64,000 bases of DNA from Octopus vulgaris (Eukaryota). The notes beneath the pieces were generated by a model. That model searched no databases, was not told where the DNA came from, and was given only the letters and a program-made list of their open reading frames with translations. The stretch lies in assembly GCA_951406725.2 (NCBI GenBank), contig OX597843.1:13206001-13270000 (forward strand), given 5' to 3'. The translations under genes and the position numbers were made by a program. This document shows positions 13,183 to 26,118 of the stretch, piece by piece (within the stretch, counting starts at the first letter, position 1; the number at the start of each line of letters is the position of its first letter).

Positions 13183-14235
13183 GTAAGTCACTATATTCTA
13201 CTTGGTGACAAGGAAGGGGCAGTGTCCACTTATTAAAATCCTGACATTCGTCCCCTTTGTCTTCTGGACAAATCTTACTCAAAGAAGATGTTGGGAGTGG
13301 AGCCTGGAGACTGCAGAAGGGCAGGGGTGAAGCAGTGCTTGTATACTCTGCATGTGTGTGTGTGTGTGTGTGTATGTGTGTAATGAACTGCTTATGTTAT
13401 GGGCCCAGGCGTGGCTGTGAGATGAACATGTTTGCTTTCCAGCCAAATGTTCTCCAGTTCAGTCCCACATGCTTGGCACCTTGAGCAAGTGTCTTCTAGT
13501 ACTGCACGAGGCCAACCAAAGCTTTGTGAATGGATTTTGTAGTTGGAAACTGAAAGAAGCCCATCATACACACACACACACACTAAGCCATGTGTGTGTG
13601 TGAGAGTGTATATCTAATATATGAATGGCAATTCCTGTCTGTCTGTTACCATCTTAGTGCCTAAACTAGCAAACTAATATTCATGAAACTTCACATACAT
13701 GTTACACTAACATCCAGTTCAATAACAGATTAATTGGCTTTCAATAAAAATCTATAATGTGCCCCCCCCACAAGGCGTTGGGTGAATTATATGATAAAAT
13801 GAGAAGGTTGCAAAAAGTATTAGTTGGAGGAAAAGGTAGTAGTAGAGTGAGGGTGACTTATATCAGTGAAGGTGAGAACAGCAGTGGCAATGGGATAATA
13901 ACATTAATACAGCTGTCATATACATGTGACGCTGGATACATACTTTTGTAAATACTTACATACAATACTCACACAGATACAGAGAAAAAGGTGGATGTGA
14001 GGAATATGCAGCTTTAAGGAGAGATGGCTTTTCTGCTGCCCATCTCAGAGAAACACTCACACACATATACATATATACATACATGCATGTGTCGACTATA
14101 CACCATTTTAAACTCGTGACTACCTGTATGCACATCTGAAATTTGTGTGTGTGTGAGAGAGAGACATCCTATAACTTTGTGTCTCTCTACTTTTGTAGGA
14201 TCTTCCCTGGAGCTGTTACATTGTGAGATTAAAAA

Positions 14236-14700
14236 AGTCGACCTCGGTGAATTTGAACTCAGAACGTATAGACAGACGAAATACCTATTTCTTTACTACT
14301 CACAAGGGGCTAAAGACAGAGGGGACAAACAAGGACAGACAAACGGATCAAGTCGATTACATCGACCCCAGTGCACAACTGGTACTTAATTTATCGACCC
14401 CGAAAGGATGAAAGGTAAAGTCGACCTCGGCGGAATCTGAACTCAGAACGTAAAGACAGACGAAATACCTATTTCTTTACTACTCACAAGGGGCTAAAGA
14501 CAGAGGGGACAAACAAGGACAGACAAACGGATCAAGTCGATTACATCGACCCCAGTGCGCAACTGGTACTTAATTTATCGACCCCGAAAGGATGAAAGGT
14601 AAAGTCGACCTCGGCGGAATTTGAACTCAGAACGTAAAGACAGACGAAATACCTATTTCTTTACTACTCACAAGGGGCTAAAGACAGAGGGGACAAACAA
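14236..14700 (-). mobile_element. SINE family B tandem ~180-bp units
   Basis: Repeated B-box-to-tail segment, flanked by a ~220-bp direct duplication. Confidence 0.9.
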
Positions 14701-14916
14701 GCAATGCTAGGGGGACAAGTCGATCAAGTCGATTCAAGGAGAGATGGCTTTTCTGCTGCCCATCTCAGAGAAACACTCACACACATATACATATATACAT
14801 ACATGCATGTGTCGACTATACACCATTTTAAACTCGTGACTACCTGTATGCACATCTGAAATTTGTGTGTGTGTGAGAGAGAGACATCCTATAACTTTGT
14901 CTCTCTACTTTTGTAG

Positions 14917-14942
14917 GATCTTCCCTGGAGCTGTTACACATT
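14917..14942 (+). other. Candidate exon 4 (26 nt; 24-nt duplicate at 14199-14222)
   Basis: Acceptor ctctctacttttgtAG, donor ATT|GTGAGA. Confidence 0.45.
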
Positions 14943-15256
14943 GTGAGATTAAAAATTTTGTCATAATTTTCAAATTTGGTATCATCATCATCATCATCAA
15001 CATTTAATATCCCCTTTCCATGCTAGGATGGGTTGCACGGTTTGTCTGGGGTCTGGGAAGCCAGGAGGCTGCACCAGGCTCAGGTCTAATCTTGCAGTGT
15101 TTCTACATCTGGACGCCCTTCCTAACGCCAACCACTCCAAGAGTGTAGTGGGTGATTTTTTATGTGCCACCGGCACAGGGGCCAGAGGGGGCTGGCATTG
15201 ACTATGATCAGATGGTGTTTTTTACGTGCCACCAGCACAGAAGTCAGTCAAGGTGC

Positions 15257-15328
15257 GGCTCGTTGGTCTAGGGGTATGATTCTCGCTTTGGGTGCGAGAG
15301 GTCCCGGGTTCCAATCCCGGACGAGCCC
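15257..15328 (+). tRNA. tRNA-Pro(TGG), possibly a retrocopy or pseudogene
   Basis: 72-nt GGCTCGTTGGTCTAGGGGTATGATTCTCGCTTTGGGTGCGAGAGGTCCCGGGTTCCAATCCCGGACGAGCCC; canonical metazoan tRNA-Pro except T-loop TTCCAAT (normally TTCAAAT); TTTT at 15334-15337. Confidence 0.93.
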
Positions 15329-15338
15329 ATAAATTTTA

Positions 15339-15728
15339 GGCGCAGGAGTGGCTGTGTGGTTTGCTAACCAGCCACATGGTTCCGGGTTCAGTCCCACTGC
15401 GTGGCATCTTGGGCAAGTATCTTCTGCTATAGCCTCGGGCCGACCAATGCCTTGTGAGTGGATTTGGTAGACGGAAACTGAAAGAAGCCTGTCGTATATA
15501 TGTATGTGTGTGTGTGTGTGTTTGTGTGTCTGTGTTGTCCCCCTAGCATTGCTTGACAACCGATGCTGGTGTGTTTACGTCGCCGTCACTTAGCGGTTCG
15601 GCAAAAGAGACTGATAGAATAAGTACTGGGCTTACAAAAGAATAAGTCCCGGGGTCGATTTGCTCGACTAAAGGCGGTGCTCCAGCATGGCCACAGTCAA
15701 ATGACTGAAACAAGTAAAAGAAAGTAAG
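15339..15728 (+). mobile_element. SINE family A directly downstream of the tRNA
   Basis: Full-length family A with a short deletion in the head. Confidence 0.9.
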
Positions 15729-15856
15729 TGGCACTGGTATTGGCCACGTTTGAAATAATTTTCCAAGTTAAATCCAATTTTGTTTTTTATTTGTTCCTAG
15801 CATCCAGCTGAATTATAGGTAGGGAAAAGAGTACTCAAATACCAGAGGTAGAGTAA

Positions 15857-15986
15857 TATGCTTTATTTAAAAGCAGCAGAAATATAACAAAAGCTGATAC
15901 TCAGAGTTTCACGTTCCGATGAATGGTAACTTGAAACTCTGAGTAACAGCTTTTGTTATATTTCTGCTGCTTTTAAATAAAGTATA
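15857..15986. repeat. 55-bp inverted repeat containing a hammerhead-like motif
   Basis: Arms 15857-15911 and 15932-15986 with 2 mismatches. Confidence 0.9.
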
Positions 15987-16035
15987 TATATGTATGTATA
16001 TATATGTGCTTACTCCGATATATTAAATATATATA

Positions 16036-17170
16036 TATTTCTTTACTACCCACAAGGGGCTAAACACAGAGGGGACAAACAAGGACAGACAAACGGATCA
16101 AGTCGATTACATCGACCCCAGTGCACAACTGGTACTTAATTTATCGACCCCGAAAGGATGAAAGGTAAAGTCGACCTCAGGGAATTTGAACTCAGAACGT
16201 AAAGACAGACGAAATACCTATTTCTTTACTACTCACAAGGGGCTAAAGACAGAGGGGACAAACAAGGACAGACAAACGGATCAAGTCGATTACATCGACC
16301 CCAGTGCGCAACTGGTACTTAATTTATCGACCCCGAAAGGATGAAAGGTAAAGTCGACCTCGGCGGAATTTGAACTCAGAACGTATAGACAGACGAAATA
16401 CCTATTTCTTTACTACTCACAAGGGGCTAAAGACAGAGGGGACAAACAAGGACAGACAAACGGATCAAGTCGATTACATCGACCCCAGTGCGCAACTGGT
16501 ACTTAATTTATCGACCCCGAAAGGATGAAAGGTAAAGTCGACCTCGGCGGAATTTGAACTCAGAACGTATAGACAGACGAAATACCTATTTCTTTACTAC
16601 TCACAAGGGGCTAAAGACAGAGGGGACAAACAAGGACAGACAAACGGATCAAGTCGATTACATCGACCCCAGTGCGCAACTGGTACTTAATTTATCGACC
16701 CCGAAAGGATGAAAGGTAAAGTCGACCTCGGCGGAATTTGAACTCAGAACGTAAAGACAGACGAAATACCTATTTCTTTACTACTCACAAGGGGCTAAAG
16801 ACAGAGGGGACAAACAAGGACAGACAAACGGATCAAGTCGATTACATCGACCCCAGTGCGCAACTGGTACTTAATTTATCGACCCCGAAAGGATGAAAGG
16901 TAAAGTCGACCTCGGCGGAATTTGAACTCAGAACGTAAAGGCAGACGAAATACCTATTTCTTTACTACTCACAGGGGGCTAAAGACAGAGGGGACAAACA
17001 AGGACAGACAACGGATCAAGTCGATTACATCGACCCCAGTGCGCAACTGGTACTTAATTTATCGACCCCGAAAGGATGAAAGGCAAAGTCGACCTCGGCG
17101 GAATCTGAACTCAGAACGTAACAGCAGACGAAATACGGCTACGCATTTCGCCTGGCGTGCTAACGTTTCA
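16036..17170 (-). mobile_element. SINE family B concatemer (six ~180-bp 3' units, one head)
   Basis: Near-identical units joined at AAAGAAATA|GGTATTTCGTC (minus strand). Confidence 0.9.
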
Positions 17171-17327
17171 TGTAGTAACAATAATATTAAGTACCAGTCA
17201 AGAACTGGGGTCAATGTGATTGGCTGTCCTCTCCCCCTAAATTTCTGGCCTTGTGGTAGTAGTAGTTGTAGTAGCAACAGCAATATTGTCATCATCATCA
17301 TCATCATCATCATTTTTATTATTATTA

Positions 17328-18930
17328 TGGTGGTGGTGGTGGTGGTGGTGGTGGTGGTGGTGGTGGTGGTGATGGTGGTGGTGTGTGTGGTGGTGGTGGT
17401 GGTGGTGGTGGTGGTGGTGGTGGTGGTGGTGGTGTTGGTGGTGGTGGTGGTGGTGGTGGTGGTGGTGGTGGTGGTGGTGGTGGTGGTGGTGGTGGTGGTG
17501 TTGGTGGTGGTGGTGGTGATGGTGGTGATGGTGGTGGTGGTGGTGGTGGTGATGGTGGTGGTGGTGTTGGTGGTGGTGATGGTGGTGGTGGTGGTGGTGG
17601 TGTTGGTGGTGGTGGTGGTGATGGTGGTGGTGGTGGTGGTGGTGATGGTGGTGGTGGTGTTGGTGGTGGTGGTGGTGGTGGTGGTGATGGTGGTGGTGGT
17701 GGTGGTGGTGATGGTGGTGGTGGTGTTGGTGGTGGTGGTGGTGTGGTGGTGGTGGTGGTGGTGGTGGTGGTGGTGGTGGTGGTGGTGGTGGTGGTGGTGA
17801 TGGTGGTGGTGGTGTTGGTGGTGGTGGTGGTGGTGGTGGTGGTGGTGTTGGTGGTGGTGATGGTGGTGGTGGTGGTGTTGGTGGTGGTGGTGGTGGTGGT
17901 GGTGGTGGTGGTGGTGTTGGTGGTGGTGGTGGTGGTGGTGGTGGTGGTGGTGGTGGTGGTGGTGGTGGTGGTGGTGGTGGTGGTGGTGGTGGTGATGGTG
18001 GTGGTGGTGGTGGTGGTGATGGTGGTGGTGTTGGTGGTGGTGGTGGTGGTGGTGGTGGTGGTGGTGGTGGTGGTGGTGGTGGTGGTGATGGTGGTGGTGG
18101 TGGTGGTGTTGGTGGTGGTGGTGGTGGTGGTGGTGTTGGTGGTGGTGGTGGTGGTGGTGGTGTGGTGGTGGTGGTGGTGGTGATGGTGGTGGTGGTGTTG
18201 GTGGTGGTGGTGGTGGTGGTGGTGGTGGTGGTGGTGGTGGTGGTGGTGGTGGTGGTGGTGTTGGTGGTGGTGGTGGTGGTGGTGTGGTGGTGGTGTGGTG
18301 GTGGTGGTGGTGGTGGTGTTGGTGGTGGTGGTGGTGGTGTTGGTGGTGGTGGTGGTGATGGTGGTGGTGGTGTTGGTGGTGGTGGTGGTGGTGGTGGTGG
18401 TGGTGGTGGTGTGGTGTGGTGGTGGTGATGGTGGTGGTGGTGGTGGTGGTGGTGGTGATGGTGGTGGTGGTGGTGGTGGTGTTGGTGGTGGTGGTGATGG
18501 TGGTGGTGGTGGTGGTGGTGGTGGTGGTGGTGGTGTTGGTGGTGGTGGTGGTGATGGTGGTGGTGGTGGTGGTGTTGGTGGTGGTGGTGGTGGTGGTGGT
18601 GGTGGTGGTGGTGGTGGTGGTGGTGGTGGTGTTGGTGGTGGTGGTGGTGATGGTGGTGGTGGTGGTGGTGGTGATGGTGGTGGTGGTGTTGGTGGTGGTG
18701 GTGGTGGTGGTGGTGGTGGTGGTGGTGTTGGTGGTGGTGGTGATGGTGGTGGTGGTGGTGGTGGTGGTGGTGGTGGTGGTGGTGGTGGTGGTGGTGGTGT
18801 TGGTGGTGGTGGTGGTGGTGGTGGTGGTGGTGGTGGTATGGTGGTGGTGGTGTTGGTGGTGGTGGTGGTGATGGTGGTGGTGGTGGTGTTGGTGGTGGTG
18901 GTGGTGGTGGTGGTGGTGGTGGTGGTGGTG
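17328..18930. repeat. ~1.6-kb (GGT)n microsatellite
   Basis: Direct reading. Confidence 0.97.
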
Positions 18931-19258
18931 CTGGGCTATAGGTTGGGGAATGAGCAGAAGCAATGAGAAGGAGAGAAGGAGAGGAACGGTGGGGGTAGTC
19001 AAACTTAGCCACTGAAGAATCAAACCCATCAATTTGAAAGAAAATGTTTAAAAAAAAAAAGTATTTCCCCACCCCCACACACACACACACACACCACGCC
19101 ACCCTGACCCTCTCCTGCTTTCCCCCCCACTCTCGCCCTACTCACTTCGCTGTCTTCCAAGAATCGTGTCCTGTATGTCACCGGTCGCAGAGTTGGGTGA
19201 CGTCATCCTCAGTAAATGTATATCACACAATACCAGCCTTAGAATTTGATGGCATTGA

Positions 19259-19289
19259 TACATACATACATACATACATACATACACAC

Positions 19290-19344
<55 letters not shown>

Positions 19345-20019
19345 TACATACATACACACACACATACATACATACATACATACATACACACACATACATA
19401 CATATATACATACATACATATATACATACATACATACACACAGACACACACATACATACATACATACATACACACACATACATACATATATACATACATA
19501 CATACATATATACACACACACACACATACATACATACACACACACACACATACATACATACATACACACACATACATACATATATACATACATACATATA
19601 TACATACATACATACACACAGACACACACACACATACATACATACATATACATACATATATACATACATACATATATACATACACACACACACATACATA
19701 CACACACATACATACATACATACATACATACACACACATACATACATATATACATACATACATACATATATACACACACACACACACACATACATACATA
19801 CACACACACACACACATACATACATACATACACACACATACATATATACATACATACATACATATACACACACACACACATACATACATACACACACACA
19901 CACATACATACATACATACACACACATACATACATATATACATACATATATACATACATACACACACACACACATACATACATACATACATACATACACA
20001 CACATACATACATATATAT

Positions 20020-20050
<31 letters not shown>

Positions 20051-20078
20051 TACATACATACATATATACATATATATG
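19259..20078. repeat. (ACAT/AC)n microsatellite
   Basis: Direct reading. Confidence 0.95.
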
Positions 20079-20083
20079 TAATT

Positions 20084-20313
20084 AAGGCGGCGAGCTGGCA
20101 GAATCGTTAGCACGCTGGATGAAATTCTTAGCGGTATTTCGTCTGCCGCTACATTCTGAGTTCAATTCCGCCAAGGTCGACTTTGCCTTTCATCCTTTCG
20201 GGGTCAATAAATTAAGTACCAGTTGCGCACTGGGGTCGATGTAATCGACTTAATCATTTGTCTCTCTTTGTTTGTCCCCTCTGTGCTTAGCCCCCTTGTG
20301 GGCAATAAAGAAA
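20084..20313 (+). mobile_element. SINE family B
   Basis: Full head-to-tail match with other copies. Confidence 0.85.
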
Positions 20314-20971
20314 TATACTATTACAACTACTACTACTACTACTACTGCTACTACTAGTACAGCATCTGCCACGCCACCACTCTACTGGGCCTGGCGTCCT
20401 CACCGTCCTGCTTCTTTACTTTAATTTTGCCTTTTTGCACCAATCTGCACAAGGAGACAGTGCTACCACACTAACATTAAACAATCACCACCACCACCAC
20501 TACCACCACAACCATCACCACAACAACCACCACCACAACCACCACAACCACCACAGCCACTACAACCACCACAGCCACCACAACCACCACTATCACCACA
20601 ACCATGACCACAACAACCACCACCATAACCACCACAACCACCACAGCCACTACACCACCACCACAGCCACTACAACCACCACTATCACCACAACCATCAC
20701 CACAACAACCACCACCAATACCACCACAGCCATCACCACAACCACAACCACCACAGCCATCACCACCACCACAACCACCACAGCCACTACAACCACCACC
20801 ACCACAACCATCACCTCCACACCCTACATGACCATCACCATTGAAATGATGACAATGGACTGTCACCAAGAGCACCTACCATCATCTGTACTACTGCTAC
20901 AACAACCAACTACTACTAATAGTAATAACGATGACGGTGATGATTTCTTTTGTAATAATAATAATAATAAT

Positions 20972-21320
20972 GAAGAAGGAGGAGGAGGAGGAGAAGAAGA
21001 AGGAGGAGGAGGAGGATAAGAAGAAGAATTGGAAGAAGAAGAATTGGAAGAAGAAGAAGAAGAAAGAGGAGGCGGAGGATAAGAAGAAGAAGAATTGGAG
21101 GAAGAAGGTGAAGAAGAAGAAGAAGCGGAAGAAGAAGAAGAAGAAGAAGAAGAAGAAGAAGGAAAAGAAGAAGGAGAAGAAGAAGAAGAAGAAGGAAAAG
21201 AAGAAGGAAAAGAAGGAGAAGAAGAAGAAGAAGGAAGAAGAAGAAGAAGGAGAAGAAGAAGAAGAAGAAGAAGGAGATGAAGAAGAAGAAGCGGAAGAAG
21301 AAGAAGAAAAAGAAGAAAAA

Positions 21321-21352
<32 letters not shown>

Positions 21353-21660
21353 AGAAGAGGAAGAAGAAGAAGAAAAAGAAGAAAAAGAAAAAGGAGAAGA
21401 AGAAGAAGAAGAAGAAGGAGAAGAAGAAGGAAAAGAAGAAGGAGAAGAAGAAGGAAGAAGAAGAAGGAGAAGAAGAAGAAGAAGAAGAAGAAGGAAAAGA
21501 AGAAGGAGAAGAAGAAGGAAAAGAAGAAGGAGAAGAAGAAGGAAAAGAAGAAGGAGAAGAACAAGAACAAGAACAAGAAAAAGAAGGAAGAGAAGGAGAA
21601 AAAGAAGAAGAAAAAGAAGAAGGTGAAGAAGAAGAAGATGATGGTGATGATGATGATGAT
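20972..21660. repeat. (GAA)n polypurine microsatellite
   Basis: Direct reading. Confidence 0.95.
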
Positions 21661-21832
21661 GACAGTGTCCATGAGGAACCCCCTCCCCCGCTGCCCCTCT
21701 GATGTCACCATTTCCACTGTCACTGATGCATGCTCCATCTTTCACTTGCCTCACACACAGGACCATCACCATTGAAACAATGACAAGGATGACAATGGTT
21801 GCCAAACTTTGAGGACACTACCAGCCACCACC

Positions 21833-21864
<32 letters not shown>

Positions 21865-22389
21865 CAAGAGGGATATCACAATAACTTGCCACAAGGGCTC
21901 ATGGTCACTATGACAACAACTAGTCATCACCATCACCATCAAGCCATCGCCACCACCACCACCACCACCACCACCAACCTTACTCATTATTATCCCCCTT
22001 GCTCCCTACAAAGAGGGATCCAGCTCTCTCTCCTCTCTCTCCCTTTTGCCCTCTCTCTCTCTCACACACATACACACACATCCAGAAACATACATATACA
22101 CACTCATATACATATAAACACACACACACACAGAAAGAGCCCCCCCTCTATTGTGTACACACAAAATAACTACCAACCCCGCACAGACAGTGTACAATAG
22201 GGGTCAGACACACACACACACACACACAAGCAGACCCACCACCACCACATAAAAAAAAAAAAAACGGTCAAACCCTTAAACTGTATCCTTTCTCTTGCCC
22301 CTGCTATAAATGGAACCCCTACGAGGTAATTCAATCTGCTAAATATACCAGCTAAAACTTCCTCAAACTACACACCTCTCATCTCCTAA

Positions 22390-23282
22390 AACAGGACACT
22401 TTAAATAATGTAGTCCTAGATGCCCAATGTCTGAATTGAAGGCAGGATGGCCACAACTGGAACATCTGTGATCATAGGTCTGCAGGATCAGGACTGACCT
22501 GGGGCTAAACAACAACATCAACAAAGATGGACACTTTAGATGATGTAGTCCTAGATACACTTAAGTTTGAACAGATAACAGGATGATCATCACTGGAGCA
22601 CTTTTGATTATAGGCCTGCTGGATCAGGGCTGACCTGGGGCTAAATAAGAAAAACAACAACAACAACAAGGAATGGCACATTAGATACTGTTGTCCTAGG
22701 TACACGATGTTTGGATAAAAGACAAGGTGGTCACAACTGGAACCTCTTTGATGATGGGCTTCCTGGATCTGGACTGACCTAGGGTTAAACAGCAACAAGG
22801 GAGATGAAAAAATTTAGTCTTAGATACACTACGTCTAAATAAAAGGCAGGATGGTCACAGCTAGAACGTCTTTGATCATAGGTCTGCTGGATCTGGACTG
22901 ACCTAGGGTTAAACAGCAACAAGGAAGTGTACAAATGAAGTCTTAGATACACTATGTTTAAATAAAAGGCAGGATGGTCACAGCTGGAACGTCTTTGATC
23001 ATAGGTCTGCTGGATCAGGACTGACCAGGGGTTAAACAGCAAGAAGGAAGGGTACAAATGTAGTCTTACACTATGTGTAAATAAAAGGAAGGATGGTCAC
23101 AGCTGGAACGTCTTTGATCATAGATCTGCTGGATCTGGACTGACCTGGGGTTAAACATAAAGGAAGGGTACAAATGTACTCTTACACTATGTTTAACTAA
23201 AAGGCAGGATGGTCACAGCTGGAACGTCGTTGATCATAGGTCTGCTGGATCAGGACTGACCCGGAGTTAAACAACAACAACA
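22390..23282 (+). repeat. Family I ~120-bp tandem array
   Basis: About seven units of GGATGGTCACAGCTGGAACGTCTTTGATCATAGGTCTGCTGGATCAGGACTGACCTGGGGTTAAACA. Confidence 0.85.
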
Positions 23283-23863
23283 GGGACAATCACCTCCTGC
23301 CCACCCAACTTTAAGAAAGATACCTATCCCCTTCCACAACCACCACAGCAATACATATCCACCCTTTTCTCTCATCCTATACGGACCCACTCTCAATCCA
23401 CCCTGAATACCCCATACATTGGTTGTTGGCCCTATTGTTGTACCCTGCTGTGTATCCTTTGCACCCTAACATTTCAAGTACCCCCTGCCCTGCCCATTCC
23501 CTAACCTTGTTCTCTCCCCCCCACTCCGCAGTAAATATTAAACTTACCTCCAGTGGTGGTGGTGGTGGTAGAGGTGGTGATGGTGGGGGATTCACACTTA
23601 CTCTCTCTCTCTCTCTCTTACACACACATCACTCTCTCACCCACCCGCCACCCAGACACTGTTCTAATTCCATCTCCCATCACCTGCCAATTGTTTGATG
23701 AGTGTGTGTGTATACACATACATATCTAGATCTACATATGTATCTATCTGTCTGTCTATGAGTGTGTGTATATGTATTTCAAAATGCGACCTCGTGTGTA
23801 GTGTGTACCGTTGGCGATTTTTTTTCCTCTGTCTTCCCTTCTCTGGATCTTTCCTTCTCCTAT

Positions 23864-23898
23864 GTTTCCGACGAAGAGCTGCGCTTGAAACGTTAAAC
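23864..23898 (+). ncRNA. Minimal type I hammerhead ribozyme-like motif in a probable Penelope-like terminal fragment (~23780-24000)
   Basis: GTTT-CCGACGA-A-GAGC(TGC)GCTT-GAAA-C-GT-T-AAAC: stem I GTTT/AAAC, stem II, palindromic stem III. Confidence 0.6.
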
Positions 23899-24061
23899 CC
23901 TCCTTCTTTCCTTCTTTCCTGAGCGTCCAATAATACTATATTTGTTCCACGTCCTCGCGTTGTTGTTTTTTTGTGCTTTCTTGTTTGGATTAACTTTAAC
24001 TATATATATATACACACACACACACACATATATATACATATATATACATACATATATATAC

Positions 24062-24126
<65 letters not shown>

Positions 24127-24151
24127 CATATATATACATACATATATATAC

Positions 24152-24188
<37 letters not shown>

Positions 24189-24333
24189 CATATATATATA
24201 CATACATATATATATACATATATATATATACATACATATATATACATATATATATATACATACATATATATACATATATATATATATACATACATATATA
24301 TACATATATCTATACCTATATATATACATATAC

Positions 24334-24382
<49 letters not shown>

Positions 24383-26077
24383 CATATATATACATATAAA
24401 TACATATATATACATATATATATACATATATTTTTCATTTAATTTTTGAGAGCAGTCAGGTTCATTTTTAGTATTCTCGTTTGTGAGAGCATTCGAGTTT
24501 ATTTCAGATATTCTCATTTTAAAAATCATGTCCAGCTAATCATTGAGAGGACATTGGCGTTGCCTTGGCAGAGGTTTGCACTCTCTGAGTAATCTTGTTA
24601 TTATTATTATTGAGAGAGCAGTGCGTGCCATCAAAGCGACACTGGGGTAAAATATACGAAGCCCAGTATACCCATCATGACTACCCGTCTGATAAGGGTA
24701 CACTAGGCACATGCATCACAACCATATGTGTACAACATGGTGATCTCATATCAAGATACACAACACATGACCTTGCAGGTGAGGGCCCAGTTAGAATTTT
24801 CTTTAGGTCGTGTTGTCCATCCTGCTCAAAAGGTCTCTGAATAAGGGTTGTTGAAGGATGATGAACAAAACACCAATGTTTCCGGGAGTGAATTATTCAA
24901 ATTATCGTTATCATCATCATTATTATTATTATTACTATTTTAAGGTGGCGAGCTGGTAAAATCATTAGTACACTGAACAAAATGCTTAGTGGCATTTCGA
25001 CTGTCACTATATTCATCATCATCATCATCATCATCATCGTTTAACGTCTGCTTTCCATGCTAGCATGGGTTGGACGATTTGACTGAGGACTGGCGGACCA
25101 GATGGCTGCACCAGGCTCCACTCTGATCTGGCAGTGTTTCTACAGCTGGATGCTCTTCCTAACGCCAACCACTCCGAGAGTGTAGTGGGTTCATTCACGT
25201 GCCACCGGCACTAGGGCCAGTCAGGCAGTACTGGCAATGGCCACGCTCAAATGGTGTTTTTTATGTACCACCTGCACAGGTGCCAGTCCAGCGGCACTGG
25301 CAATGACCTCGCTTGAATGTTTTTCCACATGCCACCAGCACAAGTGCCAGTAAGGTGATGCTGGTAATGATCACACTCAAATGGTGCTTTTTACGTGCCC
25401 CCAGCATGGAAACCAGTTAGCTGCTCTGGCAACGATCACACTCAGACGGTGCTCTTAGTGCTCCACTAGCACAGATGCCAGTCATCGAATTTGCTCAGTT
25501 CAAATTCCGCTGGGGCTGAGTTTCTCTTATACCCTTTCAGGATCGATAAATTAAGTACCAGTTAAGTATTGGAGTCAATGTAATCAATTACCCGTCTCCC
25601 CAAATTTCAGGCCTTGTGCCTATAGGAAAAAGGGTTATTATCAAGGCATACATTGTGGGTGTTAAACAAGCACAAAGACACACCTAAGAAATTTGGTGGC
25701 ATTGGGTGGGTCAGCACACCCGATACAGCAACCACCATATGCCACTGATGGGTAGATGGGTGGATACATACATACATACATACTTGGACAGACAGATAGA
25801 TAGATAAATAGATAGACAGACACATGCATACATATATACATACTTAGACAGACAGACAGATGGACGGATGGACGGATGGATGGATGGATAGAAAGACAGA
25901 CAGATAGACAGACAGATATATCAACAGAAAGACAGATAGATAGAGATAGATCAATCGATAGATAGATAGATAGATAGATAGACAGATATATCAACAGACA
26001 GATAGACAGATAGATAGACAGAAAGACGGACTGATATATAGATAGACAGGCAGAGTGATAGATAGATAGATAGATAC

Positions 26078-26118
<41 letters not shown>

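Larger units (their letters stand above)
14981..15755 (-). mobile_element. Family C repeat interrupted at 15252/15729
   Basis: Host ...GTCAGTCAAG | TGGCACTGGTATTGGCCACG matches the uninterrupted unit GCCAGTCAGGCAGTACTGGCAATGGCCACG near 25216. Confidence 0.75.

Noticed and set aside
13614-13950. Possible + strand Helitron (TCTAATATATG start)
   Set aside because: 3' hairpin and CTAG too degenerate to support a call
16036-17170. CRISPR-like regular array
   Set aside because: Units are wholly repeated with no unique spacers; eukaryotic SINE concatemer
16922-21805. Long ORFs (up to 657 aa) of poly-His/Thr/Pro/Val/Glu
   Set aside because: Stop-free translations of microsatellites; the same applies to most of the ORF track
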